A DNA stretch of 64,000 nucleotides from an uncultured Olsenella sp. (GTDB taxonomy: Bacteria > Actinomycetota > Coriobacteriia > Coriobacteriales > Atopobiaceae): assembly GCA_949287335.1 (NCBI GenBank), contig CASEGE010000150.1, forward strand, positions 12,913 through 76,912. The letters run 5' to 3'. How positions within the stretch are numbered: the first letter of the stretch is position 1; each line of letters opens with the position of its first letter. Under the pieces are notes generated by a model. The model was not told the origin of the DNA. It worked only from the letters and a program-made list of their open reading frames with translations, and searched no databases. A program made the position numbers and the translations under genes. Shown here piece after piece: positions 50,184 through 59,328 of the stretch.

Positions 50184-51298
50184 TGCCCTCTTCGTTTGGA
50201 ACCGCGCTCAGGGTGAGCGTGTTCGGCCAGTCGCACTCCCCCGCCGTGGGCTGCGTCATCGAGGGGATCCCCGCCGGGATGCACCTTGACCAGGAGGCGC
50301 TCGCCGCCTTCGTCGCGCGTCGCGCGCCGGGGCAGGACCCCTGGTCGACGCCGCGCAGGGAGCCCGATGCGCCGCGCATCGTCTCCGGCCTCAACACGCG
50401 CGGCGAGACCTGTGGCGCACCGCTCGCCGCGATCATCGAGAACACCAACACGCGCTCCCAGGACTACGGGAACATCCTCGAGGTGCCGAGGCCCGGCCAC
50501 GCCGACTTCACCGCCTGGGCAAAGTGGCACGGTGCCCAGGACGTCCCCGGGGGCGGGCACTTCTCGGGACGGCTCACGGGACCGCTCTGCGTGGCGGGAG
50601 GCGTTGCCCTGCAGTGGCTTGCCGCGCGCGGCGTGGCCGTACGGGCGCACGTGGCCGAGCTCGCGGGCATCGAGGACGCGCCCTTCTCGGCACTTGACAA
50701 CTCGCCGGAGGCCAATGCGCTTCTCGCCAAGCAGATGGATGCCCTTGGGGACGGGCGACGCATGCCAACGATCGACGAGACGGCCGGTCAGCGCATGATC
50801 GACGCCGTCATGGCGTCGCGCGCCGAGAAGGACACCGTGGGCGGCATCGTCGAGTGCGTCTGCACGGGGCTCCCCGCCGGCGTGGGATCGCCGATGTTCG
50901 ACGGCATGGAGAACGTCATCGCGCGGGCGCTCTTTGGGATTCCCGCGGTGAAGGGCGTGGAGTTTGGGCGCGGCTTTGCCGTGGCCCGCATGCGCGGCAC
51001 CCAGAACAACGACCCGTTCGAGGTTCGCGACGGCGCCTGCGTGCCCCGCACCAACAACGCCGGGGGCATCCTCGGGGGGATCACCACCGGGGCCCCGCTG
51101 CTCGTGCGCTGCGCGCTCAAGCCCATCTCGAGCGTCATGGTGGAGCAGGACTCCGTCGACCTCGCCACGATGGAGCCCGCCACGCTCAAGGTGCACGGCC
51201 GGCACGACACCACAGCGGTCATCCGCGCGGTCCCCGTGGTTGAGGCCGTCTGCGCGCTCGCCGTGGCCGACGCGCTTCTCGCCTGGCCCGCCGAGTGA
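50183..51298 (+). CDS. aroC: Chorismate synthase
   Basis: Motifs FGQSH, PRPGHAD, GGGHFSGR, IPAVKGVEFG, NNAGGILGGIT and GRHD. Confidence 0.95.
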   Translation: MPSSFGTALRVSVFGQSHSPAVGCVIEGIPAGMHLDQEALAAFVARRAPGQDPWSTPRREPDAPRIVSGLNTRGETCGAPLAAIIENTNTRSQDYGNILEVPRPGHADFTAWAKWHGAQDVPGGGHFSGRLTGPLCVAGGVALQWLAARGVAVRAHVAELAGIEDAPFSALDNSPEANALLAKQMDALGDGRRMPTIDETAGQRMIDAVMASRAEKDTVGGIVECVCTGLPAGVGSPMFDGMENVIARALFGIPAVKGVEFGRGFAVARMRGTQNNDPFEVRDGACVPRTNNAGGILGGITTGAPLLVRCALKPISSVMVEQDSVDLATMEPATLKVHGRHDTTAVIRAVPVVEAVCALAVADALLAWPAE

Positions 51299-51397
51299 CG
51301 TTGCCTAAAAGGGGACGGGTTCATTTTAGGCAAGTTTTCGGAAAAACCGAGATTCGGCAGACTTGCCTAAAATGAACCCGTCCCCTTTTAGGCAACG
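51299..51397. repeat. REPIN-like doublet of the family B hairpin (37-bp perfect inverted repeat)
   Basis: 51299-51335 and 51361-51397 are exact reverse complements; each contains TTGCCTAAAA-GGGGACGGGTTCA-TTTTAGGCAA or its complement. Confidence 0.92.
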
Positions 51398-51409
51398 AAA
51401 GGCAGCAAG

Positions 51410-52561
51410 ATGGCAGAGCTCAGCGAGCTGAGACAGCAGATAGACCAGATTGACGGGAAGATCTTCGAGCTCTTTGCGCAGCGCGCGAAGGTCGCGGAGG
51501 ACGTCGCGGCCTACAAGCGCGAGAACGGCATGCGCGTCTTTGACCCCTCTCGCGAGCGCGCCAAGGTGGCGGCGGCGGCCGATGCGGCGCCGCGCGACCT
51601 GGAGACGTACGCACAGGTGCTCATGGAGCTCCTCATGGAGGCGTCGCGCTCGCGCCAGCACGCGCTTCTCGGCGACGCCTCCGACGACCGCACGCTCGCG
51701 CGCATCAACGCGGCGCGCAAGGCCACGCCAGAGCTCTTCCCGCCCTCGGCGCACGTGGCGTGCCAGGGCGTGGAGGGCGCGTACTCGCAGATTGCCGCCG
51801 AGAAGATCTTCCGTCACCCCACCATCACCTACTCCCCCACCTTCGATGGGGTCTTTCGCACCGTTGAGCAGGGCCTCGCCCGCTACGGCGTGCTCCCGCT
51901 CGAGAACTCCACCGCGGGGTCGGTCAACCAGATGTTTGACCTCATGATGGAGCACTCCTTCCACATCGTGCGCACCACGCGCGTCAAGGTCTCCCACAAC
52001 CTTCTCGCCAAGCCCGGCACCGCGCTCGAGGACGTTCGTGACATCTACAGCCACGAGCAAGCCATCAGCCAGTGCGCCGAGTTCCTCTCGGGCCTTCCCG
52101 ACGTGCGCGTGCACGTGTGCGAGAACACCGCCGTGGCGGCAAAGCGCGTGTCGGAGTCCGAGCGGACAGACGTGGCCGCCCTCTCCTCGCGACCCTGCGC
52201 CGAGCTCTACGGGCTTGTCGCCCTTTCCTCAAACGTCCAGGACCACGACAACAACTACACGCGCTTTGCCTGCATCTCCAAGGACCTCGAGATCTACCCC
52301 GGCGCGGACCGCACCTCGCTCATGATTGTGCTGCCCCACCGTCCCGGCGCCCTCTACAAGCTGCTCGCGAAGTTCTACGCGCTTGACATCAACATCCTCA
52401 AGCTCGAGAGCCGCCCCATCCCCGAGCGCGACTTCGAGTTCATGTTCTACTTCGACGTGGAGTGCCCCGTGGCCTCGCCCGAGTTCTCCTCGCTCATGGC
52501 CACCATCGGCAGCCTCTGCCAGGAGTGCCGCTACCTCGGCAGCTACGCCGAGGTGATCTAG
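51410..52561 (+). CDS. pheA: Chorismate mutase / prephenate dehydratase
   Basis: Motifs LRQQIDQID (CM), QGVEGAYS, PLENSTAGSV, SHEQAISQC, NYTRF and KLESRP (ACT). Confidence 0.93.
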   Translation: MAELSELRQQIDQIDGKIFELFAQRAKVAEDVAAYKRENGMRVFDPSRERAKVAAAADAAPRDLETYAQVLMELLMEASRSRQHALLGDASDDRTLARINAARKATPELFPPSAHVACQGVEGAYSQIAAEKIFRHPTITYSPTFDGVFRTVEQGLARYGVLPLENSTAGSVNQMFDLMMEHSFHIVRTTRVKVSHNLLAKPGTALEDVRDIYSHEQAISQCAEFLSGLPDVRVHVCENTAVAAKRVSESERTDVAALSSRPCAELYGLVALSSNVQDHDNNYTRFACISKDLEIYPGADRTSLMIVLPHRPGALYKLLAKFYALDINILKLESRPIPERDFEFMFYFDVECPVASPEFSSLMATIGSLCQECRYLGSYAEVI

Positions 52562-53845
52562 ATGGCAGGTCAGAGCAGCCCGGACGCCCCGTTCGGCCTC
52601 GTCGGGCACCCGCTCGGGCACAGCTGGTCGCCTCGCATCCACGAGCTCCTGGGCTCCTCGCCCTACGACCTGCACGACCTCGGGAATGACGAGGCCGCCA
52701 GATTCATTCGCGGCGGACGGTGGCAGGGGCTCAACGTCACCATCCCCCACAAGCGTCTCGCGGCGGAGCTTGCCGACACGCGCTCGTCTCGCGTCGAGCG
52801 CCTCGGCGTGGCCAACACGCTCGTGCGCGAAGACGACGGGACGATAAGCGCCGAGAACACCGACGTGCTGGGCTTCTCCTGGATGCTCGAGCGCTTCTTC
52901 CGTCGAGAGCACGGCAAGGGGGCCGAGGAGCTTCTCGCCGGGCGCAGCGCGCTCGTGCTCGGATCGGGCGGGGCGAGCCGCTCCGTGCAGGCGTCGCTCG
53001 CGGAAGTTGGGGCACGCGCCATCGTGGTCTCTCGCACGGGCAGCGAGACGTACGAGGGGCTCGCCGAGCGCCATCCGGACGCTGCGCTCATCGTCAACAC
53101 CACGCCCGTGGGCATGTACCCCTCCTGTCCCGCAGCCCCGCTCGACGAGGCGTCTCTCGCCAGCCTTGACGGGCTTCTCGGCGTGCTCGACGTGGTGTAC
53201 AACCCCCGGAGGACCGGCATCTGCCTCGCGGCGGAGCGGCTGGGCATCCCCTCGGAGAGCGGCCTTGCCATGCTCGTTGCCCAGGCGTTCTTTGCAAGCG
53301 AGCTCTTCCAGGGCAGAAAGCTCGACGAGGCACTTGTCGACAAGATCGAGCAAGACATCCTGGCCGAGACCCAAAACGTCATCCTCATCGGCATGCCCGG
53401 GTCCGGCAAGTCGAGCTGCGGGCGCGGGCTCGCCCGGCTTCTGGGCCGCCCCTTCGTTGACGTCGACGACGCCATTGCGGCTGAGAGCGGCCGCAGCGCC
53501 GCCGAGATCATCCGCTCCGAGGGCGAGGGTGCCTTCCGCGCGATTGAGACGCGCGTCACCGGCGGCTATGCCGCTCGCTCTGGCCTTGTGATCGCCTGCG
53601 GGGGCGGCGTGGTCACGCGTCCGGAGAACTACGACCTGCTCCACCAGAACGGAACGATCGTCCTTCTCGACCGCCCGCTCGAGGAGCTCTCCTCAAGGGG
53701 TCGACCCGTCTCGCAGGCCAAGGGCGTTGCTCGCCTTGCGGCCGAGCGCATGGGGCTCTATCGTGCATGGGCTGACCTCACGCTGACATGCACGGGCTCC
53801 GCTGAGGGGGACGCGTTGGCCGTTCGCCGGCTTCTTTACCCCTAA
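52562..53845 (+). CDS. Shikimate dehydrogenase - shikimate kinase fusion
   Basis: AroE motifs HSWSP, NVTIPHK, NTD, NTTPVGM and DVVYNP, then AroK motifs LIGMPGSGKS, FRAIE, IACGGG and GRP. Confidence 0.9.
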   Translation: MAGQSSPDAPFGLVGHPLGHSWSPRIHELLGSSPYDLHDLGNDEAARFIRGGRWQGLNVTIPHKRLAAELADTRSSRVERLGVANTLVREDDGTISAENTDVLGFSWMLERFFRREHGKGAEELLAGRSALVLGSGGASRSVQASLAEVGARAIVVSRTGSETYEGLAERHPDAALIVNTTPVGMYPSCPAAPLDEASLASLDGLLGVLDVVYNPRRTGICLAAERLGIPSESGLAMLVAQAFFASELFQGRKLDEALVDKIEQDILAETQNVILIGMPGSGKSSCGRGLARLLGRPFVDVDDAIAAESGRSAAEIIRSEGEGAFRAIETRVTGGYAARSGLVIACGGGVVTRPENYDLLHQNGTIVLLDRPLEELSSRGRPVSQAKGVARLAAERMGLYRAWADLTLTCTGSAEGDALAVRRLLYP

Positions 53846-54016
53846 ATCGTGCAGTTTTGTTGGCGCTCTCACCGTCTGCGGCACCACTCGGCGGAATGAG
53901 CGGCACGGGGGCGCACGGCCCGTATACTTTCCTTTCGATAAGAACGAACATGTCGGGCATACGGTGAGTGGAGACGGGGCTCCAACTCGCGATTCGACGA
54001 CAGGAAGGGTCGCGAA

Positions 54017-54979
54017 GTGGACAGACACCAAATTGCAGAGGAAGTCCTCGCTGCCGTGGGCGGCAGGGAAAACGTCACTGCAAACGACATCTGCATGACC
54101 CGTCTGAGAATCCTCACCGAGGACCCCTCCCGTGTGAACACCGAGCAGCTCTCCGCAGCGCGTGGCGTCCTGGGCTTTGTGAAGCGCGGCGAGAACGGCA
54201 TCGAGGTCGTCTTTGGCCCGGGTAAGGTCGAGGCAGTGCACGAGGCGCTCGTCGAGCTCACCGGCATCGAGGCCGACGAGGAGATCTTCGATGGCGTCTC
54301 GGGCGGAGGCGCCTCTCCCCTGCATGTCCATATCACGGCAAACCCGCTGCGCGATGCCGCGCGCGCCCAGAGCGCCGTCGACGACGCCGAGGATGACGAC
54401 CCCGCGCCCGAGACGAGCGTCGAGGACCTGGTGAGCATGCTCGACGACATGGACGCCGCAGCTCACGACGAGACGGCTGAGATTGCCGAGGCAGAGGCCG
54501 ACGACGATGAGGATGAGGACGAGGGGACGAGCGCACCTGCGGCGCGCGTGCTCGTGATCAACGGCCCCAACATCAACATGCTTGGCATCCGTGAGCCGGA
54601 CATCTACGGGCACGACTCCTACCAGGCCATGCTGCGCACCTGTCACGAAGCCTCGCGCGAGGCGGGCTTTGCGGGGTGCACCTGCTTCCAGTCCAACCAC
54701 GAGGGCGACCTCATCGACGCCATCCAGGACGCCTACGGCACCTATGCGGGCATCATCATCAACCCCGGTGCCTACACGCACACCTCAATCGCCATTCTCG
54801 ACGCCGCCAAGGCGGTGGGGCTGCCCATGATCGAGGTCCACATCTCCAACGTGGATGAGCGCGAGGAGTTCCGCCAGGTGTCCTACATTCGCGCGGCGTG
54901 CTTCGAGACCATCATGGGCCTCGGCGTGGAGGGCTACCGCAAGGCCATGTTCGACATGGCGGCGCACCTGGGGCTGTAG
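54017..54979 (+). CDS. aroQ: PTS EIIB domain fused to type II 3-dehydroquinate dehydratase
   Basis: N-terminal GGRENV...CMTRLR...VVFGPG (EIIB), an acidic linker, then INGPNINMLGIREPDIYG, SNHEG, INPGAYTHTS, EVHISN and REEFR (AroQ). Confidence 0.88.
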   Translation: MDRHQIAEEVLAAVGGRENVTANDICMTRLRILTEDPSRVNTEQLSAARGVLGFVKRGENGIEVVFGPGKVEAVHEALVELTGIEADEEIFDGVSGGGASPLHVHITANPLRDAARAQSAVDDAEDDDPAPETSVEDLVSMLDDMDAAAHDETAEIAEAEADDDEDEDEGTSAPAARVLVINGPNINMLGIREPDIYGHDSYQAMLRTCHEASREAGFAGCTCFQSNHEGDLIDAIQDAYGTYAGIIINPGAYTHTSIAILDAAKAVGLPMIEVHISNVDEREEFRQVSYIRAACFETIMGLGVEGYRKAMFDMAAHLGL

Positions 54980-55007
54980 GGACGCCTTCACGGGGCGCAG
55001 CGGCGGC

Positions 55008-55050
55008 AAGGTGCTGCGGGGAGAAAGGTGCTGCAGAGGCAAGGTGCTGC
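55008..55050 (+). repeat. Three copies of AAGGTGCTGC
   Basis: Copies at 55008, 55025 and 55041. Confidence 0.7.
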
Positions 55051-55056
55051 GGCGGC

Positions 55057-55317
55057 AAGAAATCTCGCCCTCTGTACCATTTCTCCGGAATCTGGGCGAG
55101 AAAAGCCGTCCTCTGTACCGCCTTTCGCTCGACAACGTAGCACTCAGGGGCCTCCGCGCGAGAAAAGCCGTCCTCTGTACCACTGAATTAGCCTGAATTG
55201 CCTCCTCTGTACCATGACGCCCGCATCAGAGGGACGCTTCACTCAGCGTCGATGGTACAGAGGACGATATTTCTCGCACGATTTCCCAAATACTGGTACA
55301 GGGGGCCGCATTTCTCG
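55057..55317. repeat. Family D: CCTCTGTACC-core repeats, four direct plus two inverted
   Basis: Cores at 55069, 55110, 55172 and 55204 (+) and at 55254 and 55295 (-). The 24-mer GCGAGAAAAGCCGTCCTCTGTACC is exact at 55096 and 55158. Confidence 0.85.
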
Positions 55318-55440
55318 ACATGCAGTTATCAAGTGAAAATCGGAGGGGCCACACGCTTCAACGAACTCCATCCCCAAAGTTGACAGACGTCCCGCGCCCA
55401 AAGGGGCACGATAAGGGCACCCCGATGAAAGGAGGACGCC

Positions 55441-55830
55441 ATGAAACCCCCGATCAAGCTCGTCTTGCCCGTCATCTACCTCTGCGCCTGGGCGGCCTCC
55501 GTTGCCCTGATCTGGTCCGCGGGCACCGTCGACCTCATAGGAGTAACGATCCTCTCGCTCTACGTCCTCATGCCCCTCGTGACCGCGGGCACATCCCTCG
55601 TGGCAGGACTGCGCAACGTCTACGGCAGGTTTGCCAGGATCGGCATCCTCGCGAGCGGGGTCCTCTACATGCTGATTCCCTACGTGACGTTCAGCTTTGC
55701 CAACACGCTTGCGACAGGCAACCTCCACGCCCCGGACCTCATGATGCTCCTCGTGGGGTCGGGCCTCTCGCTCATCTCCTATCTGGTTGGCGCAGCGATC
55801 AGACACGTGAGGAGCGCGCGGGCATCCTGA
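55441..55830 (+). CDS. Small 4-TM membrane protein, hypothetical
   Basis: AAAGGAGG RBS, four hydrophobic segments and GC3-biased codons. Confidence 0.7.
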   Translation: MKPPIKLVLPVIYLCAWAASVALIWSAGTVDLIGVTILSLYVLMPLVTAGTSLVAGLRNVYGRFARIGILASGVLYMLIPYVTFSFANTLATGNLHAPDLMMLLVGSGLSLISYLVGAAIRHVRSARAS

Positions 55831-57379
55831 GCGCCTCGCGCAGCTCGGTTGCCCCGTGGACGCCAAACGTTCGGTAGACGAGACTCCGGTACGACTTGAC
55901 CGTTCCGCGCGCGAGGTGCAGCCGCTCGCACACCTCGCGCTCCCCCAGCCCGTCCGCAATGCAGAGGGCCACCTTGACCTGCGTCTCATTGAGGCCACGC
56001 TCGCGCAGGAGCTCGACTGCGAGCGCCTCGGCGCACGTCTCCACACCCTCACCGGGTCCAAAGACCCGCCCAAAGTCCAAAACGGCGAGAAGAGCCACGA
56101 GCAGCCACGCGCCATCAAGAGGGCCGGGACCCCCAAGGACCAGCCCCGCCGCAACACCCTGCGAGCAGATGAGGAGCCCGGTCCCCATGGTCCCGGACAC
56201 CTCGGAAACGCGACAGGAAATCTCCTGCGACCCTGCCTCAAGAAGGCGCGCCACTCGTCTCATAAGCGGCTCCTCGATACCAGAGCGCGCCGCGCTCGAC
56301 CCCAAAATCACAAGCGCAAGGAAAAGAATCAGCAGGCCAGCGACGCACCGTACCCACGACGACACCACGAGAACGGGAACGAGCACGGCGCACAGCGCCA
56401 CGACGAGCCCGTGTTCCCACGTCGGCGCCTTGCCAAGCCGCGCGCCTAGCGCGTGAGCTCCACCAGTGTCCAGCGGAAGGAGAAGGAAGCACGCAAGGGA
56501 GACCGATGAGAGCATCGCCCCCGCACAAACCAAAATGACAGGGGCACCCTGAGGAACAACCAGCGAAAGCAGAGCTGTCACAAGAAGCGCCGTCGCGCAC
56601 AGGACCCCGGCAACACGTCTTACCAGATTCCCCGCACTCTCCGCGTCCTTCTCGCCTGACGAGCCGGCCGCAGCCCCCACAAGACGCTCGAGCTCGTCCT
56701 TTGAGCTTACGCCGAGCTTCTCGTAGCCCCGGGAGCGCAGGGTGCCGACAGTTGACTCGGCAATTCCCAGGGCCTCGGAGATCTGCGGCCGCGCCTCGCC
56801 GTGAAGGGTCCTTGTCAGCACGTCGAGCTCGCGCGCGCTGAGCGGCCGTGCCGCAAGCGAGGCGAGGGTGGCCCCAACGTCCCCGGCACCAACCTCTTTG
56901 GCACGACAAAACTGCCGGACAACAAGCAGGGCGAGAAATGCAACGACCTCGAGCGCAAGGCATGCGAGTGCGGCGGGCACCGAGGGGCACAGAAGTGGCG
57001 CGCAAACAAGGACGATGGCACCAAAGAGCGCGAAGAGCGGGCGCTCGGGAACGCCCTCGCCCACCGCAAGACAGATCAGGCCGAGAAGCGCCACGACAGA
57101 GAGTGCTCCCAAGACCAAAGGGGGCACGGTGAGGGACCACGCGTCAGCAATCCGACAACCGACGAGCGCAACCGTGGCAGTCCCTCCCGCAACAACCATC
57201 GCACGACGAAAGCGCTCCGAGGAGACCTGGTCCGCCGCGCCGAGAAGTCGCCCAACAAGAATGAGCGCGGAGGCAAGAAAGACGGCAAGGGGCAGCGAGG
57301 GCAAGAGGACGAGAAGGACCGCGGCCCAGGCGCATGCAGCGAGCCACCAGCAGCGCCGTATGCCCGCCCGCGCCTCCAT
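55799..57379 (-). CDS. Membrane-bound LuxR-family regulator with two HTH domains
   Basis: TM block, LSARELDVL...STVGTLRSRGYEKLGV, second TM block, LNETQVKVA...GTVKSYRSLVYRTFGV. Confidence 0.75.
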   Translation of the reverse strand: MEARAGIRRCWWLAACAWAAVLLVLLPSLPLAVFLASALILVGRLLGAADQVSSERFRRAMVVAGGTATVALVGCRIADAWSLTVPPLVLGALSVVALLGLICLAVGEGVPERPLFALFGAIVLVCAPLLCPSVPAALACLALEVVAFLALLVVRQFCRAKEVGAGDVGATLASLAARPLSARELDVLTRTLHGEARPQISEALGIAESTVGTLRSRGYEKLGVSSKDELERLVGAAAGSSGEKDAESAGNLVRRVAGVLCATALLVTALLSLVVPQGAPVILVCAGAMLSSVSLACFLLLPLDTGGAHALGARLGKAPTWEHGLVVALCAVLVPVLVVSSWVRCVAGLLILFLALVILGSSAARSGIEEPLMRRVARLLEAGSQEISCRVSEVSGTMGTGLLICSQGVAAGLVLGGPGPLDGAWLLVALLAVLDFGRVFGPGEGVETCAEALAVELLRERGLNETQVKVALCIADGLGEREVCERLHLARGTVKSYRSLVYRTFGVHGATELREALRMPARSSRV

Positions 57380-57391
57380 GGGACCCCTGAG

Positions 57392-57991
57392 CTAGCGGCC
57401 GCGGCAGTTCCAGATGCCGCTCACGGTAGCGATGAAGTCGACGGGGATGTCGTACGCGCCAACCGGCAGGGGGTTTGACGAGAGCATCGTGGTTCTTGCC
57501 ATGCCGATCTTATCGCCGGGATAGAAGGCCAGGAAGCGGTCATAGTAGCCGCCGCCGTAGCCCACGCGGTGACCCGCCCCGTCAAAGACGAGGCCAGGGA
57601 CAAGGCAGACCGAGCCAACCATGTCGGGCGCGGTGAGGGCAGGCGCGTCGGCGGAGGGCTCGAGAATGCCCATGGTGCCGGGAGCAAGCTCGTCGAGCGA
57701 GGAGATCTCGCAGAAGTCCATCGAGCGCTCTGTCTTGTTCACGCGCGGGACGGCAACGCGGCGCCCGCTCTCGAGAAGCTCCTCGATGAGCGCGCGCGTG
57801 TCGACCTCGGGGCCAAAGGAGACGTACGTGAGCACGAGGCTCGCCTCGGAAAAGATGTCAAAACCGTGCAGGCTCGAGCGAATGAAGGCATCGGAGGACG
57901 CGCGATTCTCGGTGGGAATGGTGGCCCTCACGGAGAGGTAGTTGCTCCTGAGGGAGCTCTTGTCGGCGTCTGTGCCATATGAGCTTGCCAA
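57392..57991 (-). CDS. 5-formyltetrahydrofolate cyclo-ligase
   Basis: Motifs EVDT, VAVPR, GILEP and VPGLVFD..GHRVGYGGGYYDRFL. Confidence 0.93.
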   Translation of the reverse strand: MASSYGTDADKSSLRSNYLSVRATIPTENRASSDAFIRSSLHGFDIFSEASLVLTYVSFGPEVDTRALIEELLESGRRVAVPRVNKTERSMDFCEISSLDELAPGTMGILEPSADAPALTAPDMVGSVCLVPGLVFDGAGHRVGYGGGYYDRFLAFYPGDKIGMARTTMLSSNPLPVGAYDIPVDFIATVSGIWNCRGR

Positions 57992-58134
57992 CGTGCTCCC
58001 CTTTCCGCGAGTCCTAACTGCTTCATTCTAGCAGGGTTTTGCGCGCCTTCCGTCCACGCCCGCCGCCATTTGCCGTACCATAATGCCCGCTGAGCAAATT
58101 GCGCAGGAACTGCGCCCACATACAAGGAGGCATC

Positions 58135-59184
58135 ATGCCCAACGAGGGAAGCTACGAGGCGGCAAAGCGCAAAAGCGACGAGGTTCACGCCGACCTTCTC
58201 GTTCACCCCGAGAACTACACCATGCTCACGGGCGACCGCCCAACCGGCCGGCTTCACCTCGGGCACTACTTTGGCACGCTCGTCGACCGCGTCCGCCTGC
58301 AGGACATGGGCGTGCGCACCAACGTCATCATCGCGGACTACCAGGTGATCACCGACCGCGACACCACCGAGCACATCCGCGACAACGTCTACAACATGGT
58401 CATCGACTACCTGGCGTGCGGGCTTGACCCGGCCAAGACGATGATCTTCACGCACTCCGCGGTGCCTGAGCTCAACCAGCTTATGCTCCCCTTCCTCTCC
58501 CTCGTGACCGAGGCCGAGATGGAGCGCAACCCCACCGTCAAGGCCGAGCAGGAGGCCTCCGGCCACGCGCTCACGGGGCTTCTGCTCACCTATCCCGTGC
58601 ACCAGGCCTGCGACATCCTCTTCTGCAAGGGCAACATCGTGCCCGTTGGCCGAGACCAGCTGCCGCACATCGAAATCACCTCAAAGATCGCACGCCGCTT
58701 CAACGAGCGCTACGGCCAGGTCTTCCCCGACGTGACTGGTCTTCTCACCTCGACGCCGCTGCTTCCCGGCCTGGACGGCCGCAAGATGAGCAAGTCCTAC
58801 GGCAACGCCATCTCCATCTCCATGACCGCCGAGGAGACCGCCAAGCTCATCAAGAAGTCCAAGAGCGACTCCGAGCGCATGATCACGTTTGACCCCGAGA
58901 ACCGCCCCGAGATCTCCGGCCTGCTCACCACGGCCGGCATCTGCACCGGGCGCGACCCGCGCGAGATCGCCGAGGAGATCGGCATGGGCGGCGCCGGACA
59001 GCTCAAGCGCGTGGTGACCGAGGCCGTGAACGGCTACTTCGCCCCCATCCGCGAGCGCCGCGAGGAGATCGCCAAGGACATGGGCTACGTGGCGGACGTC
59101 CTGCACGAGGGCAACCGCCGCGCGCGCGAGATCGCGGCCGCGACCCTCGACGAGGTCCGCGAGGCAATGGGCATGGTGTACTAG
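58135..59184 (+). CDS. trpS: Tryptophan-tRNA ligase
   Basis: Motifs TGDRPTGRLHLGHY, YPVHQACDIL, VPVGRDQLPHIE and KMSKS; AAGGAGG RBS. Confidence 0.95.
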   Translation: MPNEGSYEAAKRKSDEVHADLLVHPENYTMLTGDRPTGRLHLGHYFGTLVDRVRLQDMGVRTNVIIADYQVITDRDTTEHIRDNVYNMVIDYLACGLDPAKTMIFTHSAVPELNQLMLPFLSLVTEAEMERNPTVKAEQEASGHALTGLLLTYPVHQACDILFCKGNIVPVGRDQLPHIEITSKIARRFNERYGQVFPDVTGLLTSTPLLPGLDGRKMSKSYGNAISISMTAEETAKLIKKSKSDSERMITFDPENRPEISGLLTTAGICTGRDPREIAEEIGMGGAGQLKRVVTEAVNGYFAPIRERREEIAKDMGYVADVLHEGNRRAREIAAATLDEVREAMGMVY

Positions 59185-59206
59185 GCGCAGCTCGCGTCTC
59201 GCAGGG

Positions 59207-59293
59207 GAGAAGGGGACAAGGTCCGGCGCTCGTACAGCTTCGCGCGCAAAGGGCGCGCGCTGCAGAACTCGCGGCGGACCTTGTCCCCTTCTC
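59207..59293. repeat. 19-bp perfect inverted repeat between convergent trpS and argF
   Basis: GAGAAGGGGACAAGGTCCG (59207-59225) and CGGACCTTGTCCCCTTCTC (59275-59293). Confidence 0.8.
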
Positions 59294-59328
59294 TCGATAC
59301 GCGTGTCGGACGCCTCGACCGGGAGGCC

